A stretch of 64,000 bases of DNA from a virus: the IMG/VR virus record IMGVR_UViG_3300050498_000493; one strand, written 5' to 3'. Both the position numbers and the translations under genes were made by a program. Under the pieces are notes generated by a model that was not told where the DNA came from, made no database searches, and was given only the letters and a program-made list of their open reading frames with translations. The number at the start of each line of letters is the position of its first letter. Position 1 is the first letter of the stretch. Positions 37,913 to 46,846 of this stretch are shown piece by piece.

Positions 37913-38113
37913 GGGCAGGGGCGCATCTTTTCGCTGGTAGACGTACGGGATCTCTGGTAGAGTCATGGGCGCCCTGGAAGGGATTGCAATGAAATCATCC
38001 TACCGGTAGTCACTGGTCGCCTGGCTTCCAGGTAACACATACCGCCGTCTAGCACCGAAGCTTCTCCTGACTTCGTGTCTATCGGCGGTTGTGTCGTTTC
38101 TGGAGGTGGCACC

Positions 38114-38368
38114 ATGGCAGACGCCCCGTACCTCGCGGAATCCTGGTCTGGTCTCATCCAATTTCGTTGTCCCGCGTGTGGCTACGATACCTTTCTGCAA
38201 GCCCGCATTGACGCGCACATGGCGCAGTGTCCCCGTTATCAGGCAAGCCTCCACACGGAGGGGCTCCGGGCAGGCGAACCACCCGCTCCTCCGCCGCCTG
38301 AGCCGGAGCCCGAGCCGGAGCCGGATGAGGAGCCCGTGCCGGCGCAGCCGACGCCTGCGCGGGCGTAA
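38114..38368 (+). CDS. Small zinc-finger protein
   Basis: FRCPACGY...AHMAQC; GGAGG RBS. Confidence 0.55.
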   Translation: MADAPYLAESWSGLIQFRCPACGYDTFLQARIDAHMAQCPRYQASLHTEGLRAGEPPAPPPPEPEPEPEPDEEPVPAQPTPARA

Positions 38369-38371
38369 CGT

Positions 38372-39028
38372 ATGCCGACCCAAGCCATAAGCGCATTTGG
38401 AATAGCCTTGCGCCTCGGGGACGGTATCGCGGCTGTTTTGAACATTACTGGCGCGACGAATACGACACCGATTACGATTACCACCGCCGCCGTCCACGGC
38501 ATTGTCGATGTGTCCAAAGTGACCGTCACGAACGTCCTTGGCAACACGGGCGCCAATGGGACGTGGATCGCGGAAGCCGTCACGCCTACGACCGCCCGGC
38601 TCCGGGGCTCGGTCGGCAATGGTGCGTACACGTCGGGTGGGGTCTTCACCCTCGATAGTACGTATGCCACGATTGCGGAAGTGACGGACATTCAGGACGC
38701 CGGCATTATGGCGGCGGTGATTAACGTCTCGGCCCACGACGGAGTTGGGGGGTGGGGCTCGCAAATCCCGACGATGCTCTCCAATAACAGCATGCGCCTG
38801 GTCGTCAACCATGTCCCAGAACATCCCACGCACAACAAACTCACCGGCCTCATTGATTTGATGGAGAACCGAACGAGGCGCCCCTATCTTCTTGTACTAC
38901 CAAATGCTACTAAGACTACTTGGTGGTGGTCTGGGTTCGTAACAGGTTGGAAGGATCAGGCCCCCATGGCGGGGGCGCTGACGGCGCAAGTGACTTTCGA
39001 ATTCCCCGACTCGCCCATTTTGGCCTAG
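38372..39028 (+). CDS. Tail tube protein paralog 1 with inserted beta-barrel domain
   Basis: MPTQAI...IAEVTDI...INVSAHDG..GW...IPTML...W.G.VT. Confidence 0.75.
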   Translation: MPTQAISAFGIALRLGDGIAAVLNITGATNTTPITITTAAVHGIVDVSKVTVTNVLGNTGANGTWIAEAVTPTTARLRGSVGNGAYTSGGVFTLDSTYATIAEVTDIQDAGIMAAVINVSAHDGVGGWGSQIPTMLSNNSMRLVVNHVPEHPTHNKLTGLIDLMENRTRRPYLLVLPNATKTTWWWSGFVTGWKDQAPMAGALTAQVTFEFPDSPILA

Positions 39029-39705
39029 GCTCTTCTAGTATAAGACTTGGCTGGAGCGAGTGTCAAGAGTAAGGGTTGTACAGGGACGAGAGGCGCCTTT
39101 GCATGTTTCTTGGAGTTGCAAGATTGGCAGGCTGGCACAACATTGGCCAGCGTATGCGAGCCGCCTTTACTGAGCGGGGTAATGTGATCTTGCGTCAGGC
39201 GTTTCATCTTGCGACCGCAATAGACACACCGATGATCGTAGGCGTTCTTGATTTCTTCCCACTGCGCGGCGGTCAAGTCGTTGAGCGGCGCCTCAGTACG
39301 GGCGGTACGTCGGCGTTCGGTCTTCTCTTGTATCCATTCAGGATGTTGTGCGTACCAGTCCGCATGCTTTTGGCGCATGGCCATCCGGTGCGCAGCATAA
39401 TACGCCGCACTTTGGGCATTCATCAAGGCTTTGTTTTTCAGGTAGCGGGCCTTATTACGTGCCTTTTTCTCGGCCTTATGAGCTTCCTCATAGGCTTGCC
39501 GTTTCTCATGATTCTCGCGTTGCCAGCGTGCGACAGCTGCACGCACCTTGTCGCCATTGTTTGTACGATACGCCAGGCTTTCTTGGCGCTTACACAGGAT
39601 ACAGCGCGTGGCTTTGCCATCGCTGGTGTATTTGTCTGTGCCAAATTCATCAAGGGGTTTCAGCAGATCGCATCCACGACAGACTTTTTTTGCAGGGGGT
39701 TCCAT
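39025..39705 (-). CDS. Free-standing HNH endonuclease (CxxC-HNH type)
   Basis: CVYCG...LTQDHITPLSKGGSHTLANVVPACQSCNSKK; N-terminal CRGC...CILC. Confidence 0.92.
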   Translation of the reverse strand: MEPPAKKVCRGCDLLKPLDEFGTDKYTSDGKATRCILCKRQESLAYRTNNGDKVRAAVARWQRENHEKRQAYEEAHKAEKKARNKARYLKNKALMNAQSAAYYAAHRMAMRQKHADWYAQHPEWIQEKTERRRTARTEAPLNDLTAAQWEEIKNAYDHRCVYCGRKMKRLTQDHITPLSKGGSHTLANVVPACQSCNSKKHAKAPLVPVQPLLLTLAPAKSYTRRA

Positions 39706-39813
39706 ACGCACCTTCTAACTAAGGTTGGGGTGAGTACTTGGCTCCCCACTGAGTTAGCAGCAGAGACTTGATCGAATGCTAGCAAGGCATTCACCAAGTA
39801 CCCGTTCAGTATA
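39706..39813 (-). ncRNA. Structured leader RNA and TATACT -10 box of HNH-2
   Basis: P1 GGGTACTTGG/CCAAGTACTC; two inner hairpins; loop CTAACT complementary to AGTTAG at the RBS. Confidence 0.6.
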
Positions 39814-39886
39814 GCGTAGGAGCGAGGGAAAAGGTAGAAAAAAGCGTTGTAAGTGTAGATTATCTTATTATAGGAAAGATAATACT

Positions 39887-40288
39887 ATGCCGACTCAGGC
39901 TATAGCGGCCACTGGACTCATTATCAATATGGCGGGAACGCCTATTCCTGAAATTACGAACGCCTCCGAGATTGGTGCTCAGTTCAATGTGGTCGATGTC
40001 TCGGCCCATGATGGTGGTAATTGGTCTAGTAAGATTCCGACCTTACTCGACGGTGGGACGATCCGCGTCAGCGCGAACTTTGTGCCCGCGAATGCGCAGC
40101 ATGTGGCTTTGCGGACGGCGATGATTAACCGCACGTCCACGGCGTTTACCGTCCGGTTTCCCAATGTGGGCGCGACGACGTGGAGCTTTAACGCGTTTGT
40201 CACGCGGTATCGCATTCCATCCGCGCCGGTCAACGGGGCGTTGCCCTTAGAATTCGAGCTCACGGTCGATGGTGCGATTACATTTTGA
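39887..40288 (+). CDS. Tail tube (major tail) protein paralog 2
   Basis: MPTQAI...VDVSAHDG..W..KIPTLLDGGTI...F.AFVT...L.VDG.ITF. Confidence 0.85.
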   Translation: MPTQAIAATGLIINMAGTPIPEITNASEIGAQFNVVDVSAHDGGNWSSKIPTLLDGGTIRVSANFVPANAQHVALRTAMINRTSTAFTVRFPNVGATTWSFNAFVTRYRIPSAPVNGALPLEFELTVDGAITF

Positions 40289-40430
40289 TTTCTCCTGACG
40301 AGAACATTCGTGCATGAGCATGACCATCACGATTGACACGATTCACATTGAGCAGGTGGTCATGACGCCGCCGGCCGCGCCCAGCCTCCGCTGGCATGTC
40401 GGGCCGGTGCAGGCCATCACAGGAGGCAGC

Positions 40431-40760
40431 ATGCCGATTGAAGTGTCGATGACGACGGAAGAGAAATGCCGACTCGCCATTACGCCCGTGACCGCCGGGG
40501 GCGCCCCCGCGCAGGTGGACGGGGAGGCGCAGTGGAGTGTCGAGGGGACCTGTACGATCGAGCCCATTGATGAGACGAGCGCGTGGGTCGTGGCGGGCGC
40601 CATGGGCGATAGTACGGTGAGCGTCGGCGTCGATGCCGACCTCGGCGCTGGCGTCGTCCCCATTGGCGATACCGCGCTCATCCATGTGAACAATCCCGAG
40701 GCGGCCAGTGTGGGGTTGGCGGCCGATGCGCCGGTGCTCAAAACCGAGGAGCCGGTCTAA
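40431..40760 (+). CDS. Small Ig-like tail-associated protein
   Basis: GGAGG RBS; beta-strand pattern (VDGEAQWSV, DADLGAG). Confidence 0.55.
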   Translation: MPIEVSMTTEEKCRLAITPVTAGGAPAQVDGEAQWSVEGTCTIEPIDETSAWVVAGAMGDSTVSVGVDADLGAGVVPIGDTALIHVNNPEAASVGLAADAPVLKTEEPV

Positions 40761-41508
40761 TGCCCTCCATTGTGGCCCTGGTGCCTGTTGCGCTCGATAA
40801 GCCGCGCCAGTTGCTCTTTACGCGTGCCGCCGTCAAAGCGATCGAGCTGCGCCTCACGCAGGTTTGGGGGCGCGATTACACCTTCTTTGAAGCCGTGCGG
40901 CGCTTGAGTGAAATGCTCCTCGACAATGACTTGAGCAAGCTCTCGTTTGTGAATATCAGCGTGCTCCTGTGGCAAGGCTGCCTGCATGAGGACCCGGCGT
41001 TGACGCTGACTCAGGTGGAGGAGGCTTTGCCCTACGCCGATCCTACGGGGCTCATCCCCTACGTCGGGCTCATCCTCCAAGCCTGGAGCCATGCGAGCCC
41101 GCAAGTGGTGGTGGACGCCGTCACCGCCGAGGCGGAGGCCGCAGACAGCGACCCTTTGGCCGGATCGACTGGGGCAAGCTCTGGGCCTTTGAACGGACCT
41201 GCCTTGGTGTCAGCGACGGCGAGTTCTGGGGCATGACGTTTCTCGAAGGGCATCTGCTGGCCGAGGCGTACTGGCAGCAGCAGCAACGGCAGGTGCGACC
41301 GATGGCGATGCTCCTCCAGGCGTACTGGAACGTGCACCGCGATACGGATCAGCGTCGGGAGCCGTTTGCCCTGGAGGACATGCTGACCGTGTTGGGGTAT
41401 CCCGAACCACCCGCGCCGCCTCCACCGCCGCCCAACGTCGAGGATATGCGCGAGCGGATCGAGGTGTTGCATAGCTTGTATACGGCCAATGGAGATAGAA
41501 AGGTCTAG
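40760..41508 (+). CDS. Tail assembly chaperones G (40760-41236) and GT via -1 frameshift at C CCT TTG 41152-41158
   Basis: -1 frame is open and reads LGVSDGEFWGMTFLE (T-domain motif); directly before tape measure. Confidence 0.85.
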
Positions 41509-41510
41509 TC

Positions 41511-44500
41511 TTGGCAGAAATAGTCGTAGGAGATGTAGTAGCGAAACTCCGTATTGACGCCAGTGGCTTTGACCAGGCGCTGACGCAGGCCCAGCAGCGG
41601 CTCACGCAACTGAGCCAGACCATGGGCCAGGTGCGCCAGCAGCAGACGGGCAGCCAGCAAGCCACGCAGCAACAGGCGCAAGCCTTCCAACAACTCAGCC
41701 AGACGACGCAGCAGCACACCCAAGCCCTCCAGCAACATACCCAGGCGACCGCGCAGGCGGGCCAAGCCACGGCAGGGCTCCGCCAGCAACAAGCCCAACT
41801 CGCGACCCAAGTGCAACAAACCACCGTCGCGGCGCGCGAAGCCGGGAGTGCCTTGCAGACGGCGCTGAGCGTGGCGGGTGGCATCGGGATTGCCACGAGC
41901 CTTGGGGCCATCGTCAGCCAGCTCAAAGAGTTTGCGGCCAGTGCGGTGGATGTCGCCACGCGCATGCAATCCCTGCGGGCCTCGCTTGCCGCCTTGGGTG
42001 GGGGGATTGGCGCGGGGCAACAACAATTTGCGCAACTCTTCCAAACGGCCCAACAACTCGGTGTCGCCTTTGAGCCGCTCGCGCGCGGCTGGCGGCAACT
42101 GACTGCCGCCGCGACGCAGGCCAATCTCCCGCTTGAAGATCAACGGCGGCTCCTGAATGCCGTCTCCAACGAAGCGCGGCGCGTGGGCGCGAGCAATGAC
42201 GAACTGGGCCGGATTATTACGGCCCTTGCCCAGACGGCCAGTAAGGGCGTCGTGTCGATGGAGGAGTTACGCCAGCAACTCGGCGAGGCTCTCCCCACCG
42301 CCCTGGCGGCGCTTGCCCGTGGCATGGGCTATACGACGGAACAGATCACGAAGCTGGTCGAAACGGGCACGCTGCGCTTTGTCCCCTTTGCGCTCGCCTT
42401 TACGCGCGGGTTGGAAGAGATGCAGTCGGCGAGTGGCAAGATGGCGGACGGTGCCCAGCAAGCCTTTAACCGGCTCGGCAATGCGCTGATCGCCTTTAAG
42501 GACGCCCTGGGCGCCAATGTGCTGCCCGAACTCGAACGCATCGCCAAGGTCGCCACCGGCATTCTCGATACGGCGACGGCGCTCCTCGCGCTGGCCGGTG
42601 GGCGCCGCGATCCGCGCCTGGCTCCCAATACCGCCGCCGAGATTGCCGGCACGCCGGATCAAGAGCGTGAAGTCCAACGCCTGCGCAACGTGATTGCGCG
42701 GTTAGAGCAGCAAGCGGCGACGGCGGTTCCCGGCCCGCTGCGTGAGCAGCGCGAGGGGATGGCTCAGCGGGCGAGGGAAGAGCTCGACATCCTGCTCGAA
42801 GTGATCCAAGGAACGAAAAACGAGACCGCCGAACAGCAAAAGCTCACAGCAGAGGCCAATCGGACCAAATCCGCGCGTGAGCAGGAAGCGGCCTTCCTCC
42901 AGACGATTACGACGCAACTCGCAGAAGCCCGGAAGCAACAAGCCGAACTCGCGGCCTCGTCTGCACGAGCGCCCAATGTGTTTGGGAGCCCCACGGGGAC
43001 GCCCGAGCAACAATTGGAGTTTGCGCGACGGCGGCAACAGTTGCTCGAAGAGCAGACCAAAAAGCTGGATGCGACACTGGCCATCCGCCCCGCCAATGTC
43101 GAACTGACACCGGCGATCCAGGAACAGCTCAAGCAACTCGGGCTCCTCGATCAAGCCTATGGCAAGGCCGTTCAGCGGGTCGATCAACTCAAGGATGCCG
43201 AGCAGGCACGCGACCGTGCGGCCCGCGAACTGGAAGCGCAGCGCGAACGGGTCCCCGCCCAGGTGAGTACGCTGCAAGCCTTTGAGGAACGTCTTGGAGC
43301 CTTTGTGCGCCGACCCACGGAGAATCTGGCAGAGGAAGCCGCCAGTCGCGTGCGTGTGGCCGGCGCCGCCATGCAGAAGGAACTCGATACCCAGATCCGT
43401 GCGCTCGAAACATCGAAACCCTTTCAGGCGGCTGATCCTGCCGCCTTGGAGCGGTTGCGTGCCCAGCGGGACGCCCTCACGCAGGCTACCGATGTGCAGG
43501 CGCAGGAAGCCTATACCACCGCGCTCACCAAGCAGATGAGTACGCTCAACGATCTCGCCCGCGCCTATGGCTTTGTCACCAAGGAAGCCAGCGACCTCGC
43601 CCGTGCCGAAGAGGAAGCCGCCCGGTTTGCGGGGACGCCCTTGCAGGCCCAGGCGGAGGAGCGGCTCCAGGTGGTGCGTGATGTGGCGACGATCGAAGCC
43701 CAAATTGTGGACTTGAAGCGCCAGGCCGCCGCCAGTGAACGCGCAGGGTTAGAGGCCATGAAGGAAGCGCGGGCCAGCACTGCGCTGGATGCGACGCTGG
43801 GCGAGCAACTGGAGCGCCTCCGGGCCCCCCGCGAGGAACGCACGGAGCTGCGGTTGCGGGCACAAGCCCGGCGCCAGGGCGTGGAATTGACGCCCGAGCA
43901 GGAAACTCGCTTGCGGGCCATTACCGAGCAGGAGCGCTTTAACGAGATCATGCAGGCCACCGAACGGATTGGCGATGCGGCGGCTCAGAGCCTGACGCAG
44001 GGCCTCCTCAGCATTATTGATGGCACCGAGCGCGTCAGCGATGCCTTCCGCCTGATGGCCAAGAGCATTCTCGATTCGGTCGCCCAGATTGCCCTCAACG
44101 AGGGCTTTCGCACGCTGATTCGGCTCGGGCTCAGCGCCATTAGCGGCGCGATTGCCCCCGCCAGCGGCGCGGCCTTTTCCAATGCCGGGGCCAGTGCGGG
44201 CGGTGGGGGCGGCGGCTTCGAGATTCTCATGGCCCAAGGGGGCGCGGTGGTCAATAAGCCCACGGCGATTATGGCGGGTGAGAACCCAGCGATGAACCCC
44301 GAGTACGTGCTCAATCGCCCGCAGATGCAGGCGCTCATGAGTGGGGCCATGCGTGCGGCGCCATCAGCCGGGGGGCAAGCCATGGGGGGCGTCACCGTCA
44401 TCAACGTGGCGAATAGGCAACAAGCGGACCAGGAAGCTGCCCGTGAGCGTGCCCTTGGAAAGGCCGTGATTATCAACGAAGTTCTTAACGAAATAAGTCA

Positions 44501-44546
44501 AGGGTCAGGTTCGCGCATTGCGCGGACGTTACAGGCGCTGCGCTAA
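41511..44546 (+). CDS. Tape measure protein
   Basis: 1011 aa, Ala/Gln-rich helical; ALAQTASKGVVSMEELRQQLGEALP. Confidence 0.93.
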   Translation: MAEIVVGDVVAKLRIDASGFDQALTQAQQRLTQLSQTMGQVRQQQTGSQQATQQQAQAFQQLSQTTQQHTQALQQHTQATAQAGQATAGLRQQQAQLATQVQQTTVAAREAGSALQTALSVAGGIGIATSLGAIVSQLKEFAASAVDVATRMQSLRASLAALGGGIGAGQQQFAQLFQTAQQLGVAFEPLARGWRQLTAAATQANLPLEDQRRLLNAVSNEARRVGASNDELGRIITALAQTASKGVVSMEELRQQLGEALPTALAALARGMGYTTEQITKLVETGTLRFVPFALAFTRGLEEMQSASGKMADGAQQAFNRLGNALIAFKDALGANVLPELERIAKVATGILDTATALLALAGGRRDPRLAPNTAAEIAGTPDQEREVQRLRNVIARLEQQAATAVPGPLREQREGMAQRAREELDILLEVIQGTKNETAEQQKLTAEANRTKSAREQEAAFLQTITTQLAEARKQQAELAASSARAPNVFGSPTGTPEQQLEFARRRQQLLEEQTKKLDATLAIRPANVELTPAIQEQLKQLGLLDQAYGKAVQRVDQLKDAEQARDRAARELEAQRERVPAQVSTLQAFEERLGAFVRRPTENLAEEAASRVRVAGAAMQKELDTQIRALETSKPFQAADPAALERLRAQRDALTQATDVQAQEAYTTALTKQMSTLNDLARAYGFVTKEASDLARAEEEAARFAGTPLQAQAEERLQVVRDVATIEAQIVDLKRQAAASERAGLEAMKEARASTALDATLGEQLERLRAPREERTELRLRAQARRQGVELTPEQETRLRAITEQERFNEIMQATERIGDAAAQSLTQGLLSIIDGTERVSDAFRLMAKSILDSVAQIALNEGFRTLIRLGLSAISGAIAPASGAAFSNAGASAGGGGGGFEILMAQGGAVVNKPTAIMAGENPAMNPEYVLNRPQMQALMSGAMRAAPSAGGQAMGGVTVINVANRQQADQEAARERALGKAVIINEVLNEISQGSGSRIARTLQALR

Positions 44547-44560
44547 GAAGGGAATAGTCC

Positions 44561-45148
44561 TTGCCGGTCTATCCGATTGATCCCATACCATCGAGTATCT
44601 CAGTCGCGGCAATACATGACCCTATGCACGAGTTCGAGTCAGACCAGGGCTATTCGGCACGCCGGTCCAAGCACAGCCGGGCCTTGCGGCAGTATCAACT
44701 GGAGTATCTGGGACTGACAACCCCACAGATGCGCGTGCTGCGGGACTTCCTCATTCAGCAGCGCCTGGGTGTGCTGCCGTTTGAATGGTTGCACCGCACC
44801 GGCGGGGACCGCGTGAACTACAGCAATACGACGCCCGTGGTCTGTACGCTCCAGCATAGCTACGTGACCAATCAGTGGCTCTGGATCAATGGGGCAACGC
44901 ATGGCGGGCTCAACGGGTTCTGGACGCTCACCCGCTTCGATTCCACGAGCTTTGCGCTCAATGGCTCGGCGGCGCAAGGCGGTACCGGGAGTGCGATCGC
45001 GGTGCCGTATCTGCCCAACGCCACGGCGCGGTTCGCGCAAGACGTGATGGAGCCAGCGGTCAAGCTGATTGGTCCCGAGGCGGCAGATGTCTTCACGCAA
45101 GGACGCGGCCGTTTTAATATGACGGTGCAAATTTTAGAACAATTTTAG
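44561..45148 (+). CDS. Distal tail (Dit/gpM-like) protein with inserted domain
   Basis: After TMP; FESDQGY..RR...Y.L.Y...DF....G...FEW. Confidence 0.7.
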   Translation: MPVYPIDPIPSSISVAAIHDPMHEFESDQGYSARRSKHSRALRQYQLEYLGLTTPQMRVLRDFLIQQRLGVLPFEWLHRTGGDRVNYSNTTPVVCTLQHSYVTNQWLWINGATHGGLNGFWTLTRFDSTSFALNGSAAQGGTGSAIAVPYLPNATARFAQDVMEPAVKLIGPEAADVFTQGRGRFNMTVQILEQF

Positions 45149-45159
45149 AGCGAGCACCC

Positions 45160-45666
45160 ATGCCACGCCTCCTCAGTGCGGCGCTTGTCCGTGAGAAAAA
45201 CCAGTTGCACTCGGATCATGTCATCACCTGGCTCTTTCAAGTCGATATACCGGGTGCCCCCGTGCCGTATCGCCTGGTGAACTACGACCAGGAGATTCTC
45301 TTTCACGGGATTCCCTATCTCCGGTATTCCGTGGATGTCGACGCCCTCGAAGATGCCACGAGTCAATCCCTGGTGCGGCTGCGGGCGACGGTGGGCAACG
45401 TGGATCAAGCGTTTATTTCGCTCCTGGAGCATTACTGGGGACCAGACAGCCGCTGGATAGTGACTATCTGGCCCATTGATACGCAGCAACCCGACGCGAC
45501 GCCTTTTGGCACGGGCGAGGTCTTCCAGGTCGTCCAGGTGGCGACCGACTTTCTGACAGCCGTGGTCGACCTCCAGGCAGAAGGTATCACGTTGACGGGG
45601 ACGATCCCGAAGCGACGCTTCACCCAGAGTGGAGGTTTTCCGAACATACCAAGAAGACTATCATAG
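45160..45666 (+). CDS. Minor tail protein (gpL-like)
   Basis: RLVNYDQEI.F.G..Y...VGNVD...IPKRRF. Confidence 0.7.
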   Translation: MPRLLSAALVREKNQLHSDHVITWLFQVDIPGAPVPYRLVNYDQEILFHGIPYLRYSVDVDALEDATSQSLVRLRATVGNVDQAFISLLEHYWGPDSRWIVTIWPIDTQQPDATPFGTGEVFQVVQVATDFLTAVVDLQAEGITLTGTIPKRRFTQSGGFPNIPRRLS

Positions 45667-45675
45667 AAAGTTCTA

Positions 45676-46353
45676 TTATATATGCTTCCAGGTTTTGCGA
45701 TGAATGATGTACTGTATAGCAAAGTCCGAGACACCGTACTGATTGGCCAGGGCATTGATCGTCGTCCAACCCCGGCTGTAACACGCACGTATCTCCAACA
45801 CCTGTTCGGCGGTCAGCTTCGCGTGTGGAAACGCTTCTGGCTTGGTATGGATACCCGCCATCGCGCCTTTTGCCTGCCGGCCTTTCTGCACGGCATCCTG
45901 GCGATTGCTCTGCAACGTCCCCAGCCACAAGTGGAGGGGGTTGCAGCACGCAGGGGTATCACAATAATGGCAGACAAGCTTTCCTGGCGGGATGGGACGA
46001 GCATGCCAGATTTCATACACCACGCGGGTGACTGGGATCGTCAGATGTTTACCGTTGTAGGCCAGTGTAAACTTGCCATAGCCATCTTGATCCGTGCTTT
46101 TCAGCCAGGGCCAGCAGCAATACACACAGTCCTCGCCATGGCCGCACTGCTGAATCGCGCCCCACAAGCGCTCCAGAAATGGCAGCCTGGGTGGAATGCC
46201 ACGCGCGCGTTTGTAGGACGTCTGCATGGTATTCCAGCAGTCGCGGCAATACATGCTCTTGCCGTCACCGCGTTGGGCATCACTACCAAAGTCGTCCAAG
46301 GGTTTGATCAGATGACAGCGGGAACACGGTTTCTCAGTGCGGTGGCGTTTCAT
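45676..46353 (-). CDS. Free-standing HNH endonuclease (HNH_3 type)
   Basis: CWPW...DGYGKF...VCHYCDTPACCNPLHLWLGT..SN..D...AKLT; GGAGG RBS. Confidence 0.9.
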   Translation of the reverse strand: MKRHRTEKPCSRCHLIKPLDDFGSDAQRGDGKSMYCRDCWNTMQTSYKRARGIPPRLPFLERLWGAIQQCGHGEDCVYCCWPWLKSTDQDGYGKFTLAYNGKHLTIPVTRVVYEIWHARPIPPGKLVCHYCDTPACCNPLHLWLGTLQSNRQDAVQKGRQAKGAMAGIHTKPEAFPHAKLTAEQVLEIRACYSRGWTTINALANQYGVSDFAIQYIIHRKTWKHI

Positions 46354-46455
46354 AGCGTGACCTCCTGGATCACAGGGCATCGTTGGGGGAAGTGGCTGGC
46401 AGGCGATGAACTCTGCCCCGGTTTCGAACCCGGTGCCACTCGACACAAGAGTATA
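46354..46455 (-). ncRNA. Structured leader RNA and TATACT -10 box of HNH-3
   Basis: P1 AGTGGC/GCCACT enclosing CCGG..CCGG and GGCAG/CTGCC hairpins; CCAAC after P1. Confidence 0.5.
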
Positions 46456-46459
46456 GCAT

Positions 46460-46846
46460 ATGAGCAGTAGTATTGCTGTTCCTGACATCTTCCCGTTGGT
46501 CGATGCCATCCTTGGGCGTCGGTATGAGGACTATAACTGTTGGCACCTCCTGCGGGATCTCTATGGGAAGGGTTGGGGCATTGATCTCGACGCCGATCCC
46601 GCTGCTGCCGCTGCCCAAGTCCAAGAAATCTGGTTTCAAGGCGATGCTCGTGATCCGCTCATGTTGGTTCAGGCATGGGACATTTTGATCTTCCGTCCCC
46701 AGGGCATGGCGAGTAGTCATGTGGGGATTGTCTGTGATGGTCGGCAGTTTGTGCATACACGAAAGAACCTGGGCACATGTATGGAGTTGACGAAGCGTTG
46801 GGCGCCCCGCCTGATGCAGATTGCGCGGTTGCGGCGGCTCCTGTAG
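46460..46846 (+). CDS. NlpC/P60 tail protein (gpK-like)
   Basis: YNCWHLLR...SHVGI...FVH. Confidence 0.85.
   Translation: MSSSIAVPDIFPLVDAILGRRYEDYNCWHLLRDLYGKGWGIDLDADPAAAAAQVQEIWFQGDARDPLMLVQAWDILIFRPQGMASSHVGIVCDGRQFVHTRKNLGTCMELTKRWAPRLMQIARLRRLL

Noticed and set aside
39715..39803. HDV-like ribozyme in HNH leaders
   Set aside because: Lacks the L3 pyrimidine / P1.1 GG pairing and J4/2 catalytic C arrangement
46405..46440. tRNA gene (minus-strand GGTTCGAAAC T-loop-like)
   Set aside because: No D arm or anticodon arm; treated as part of the HNH leader
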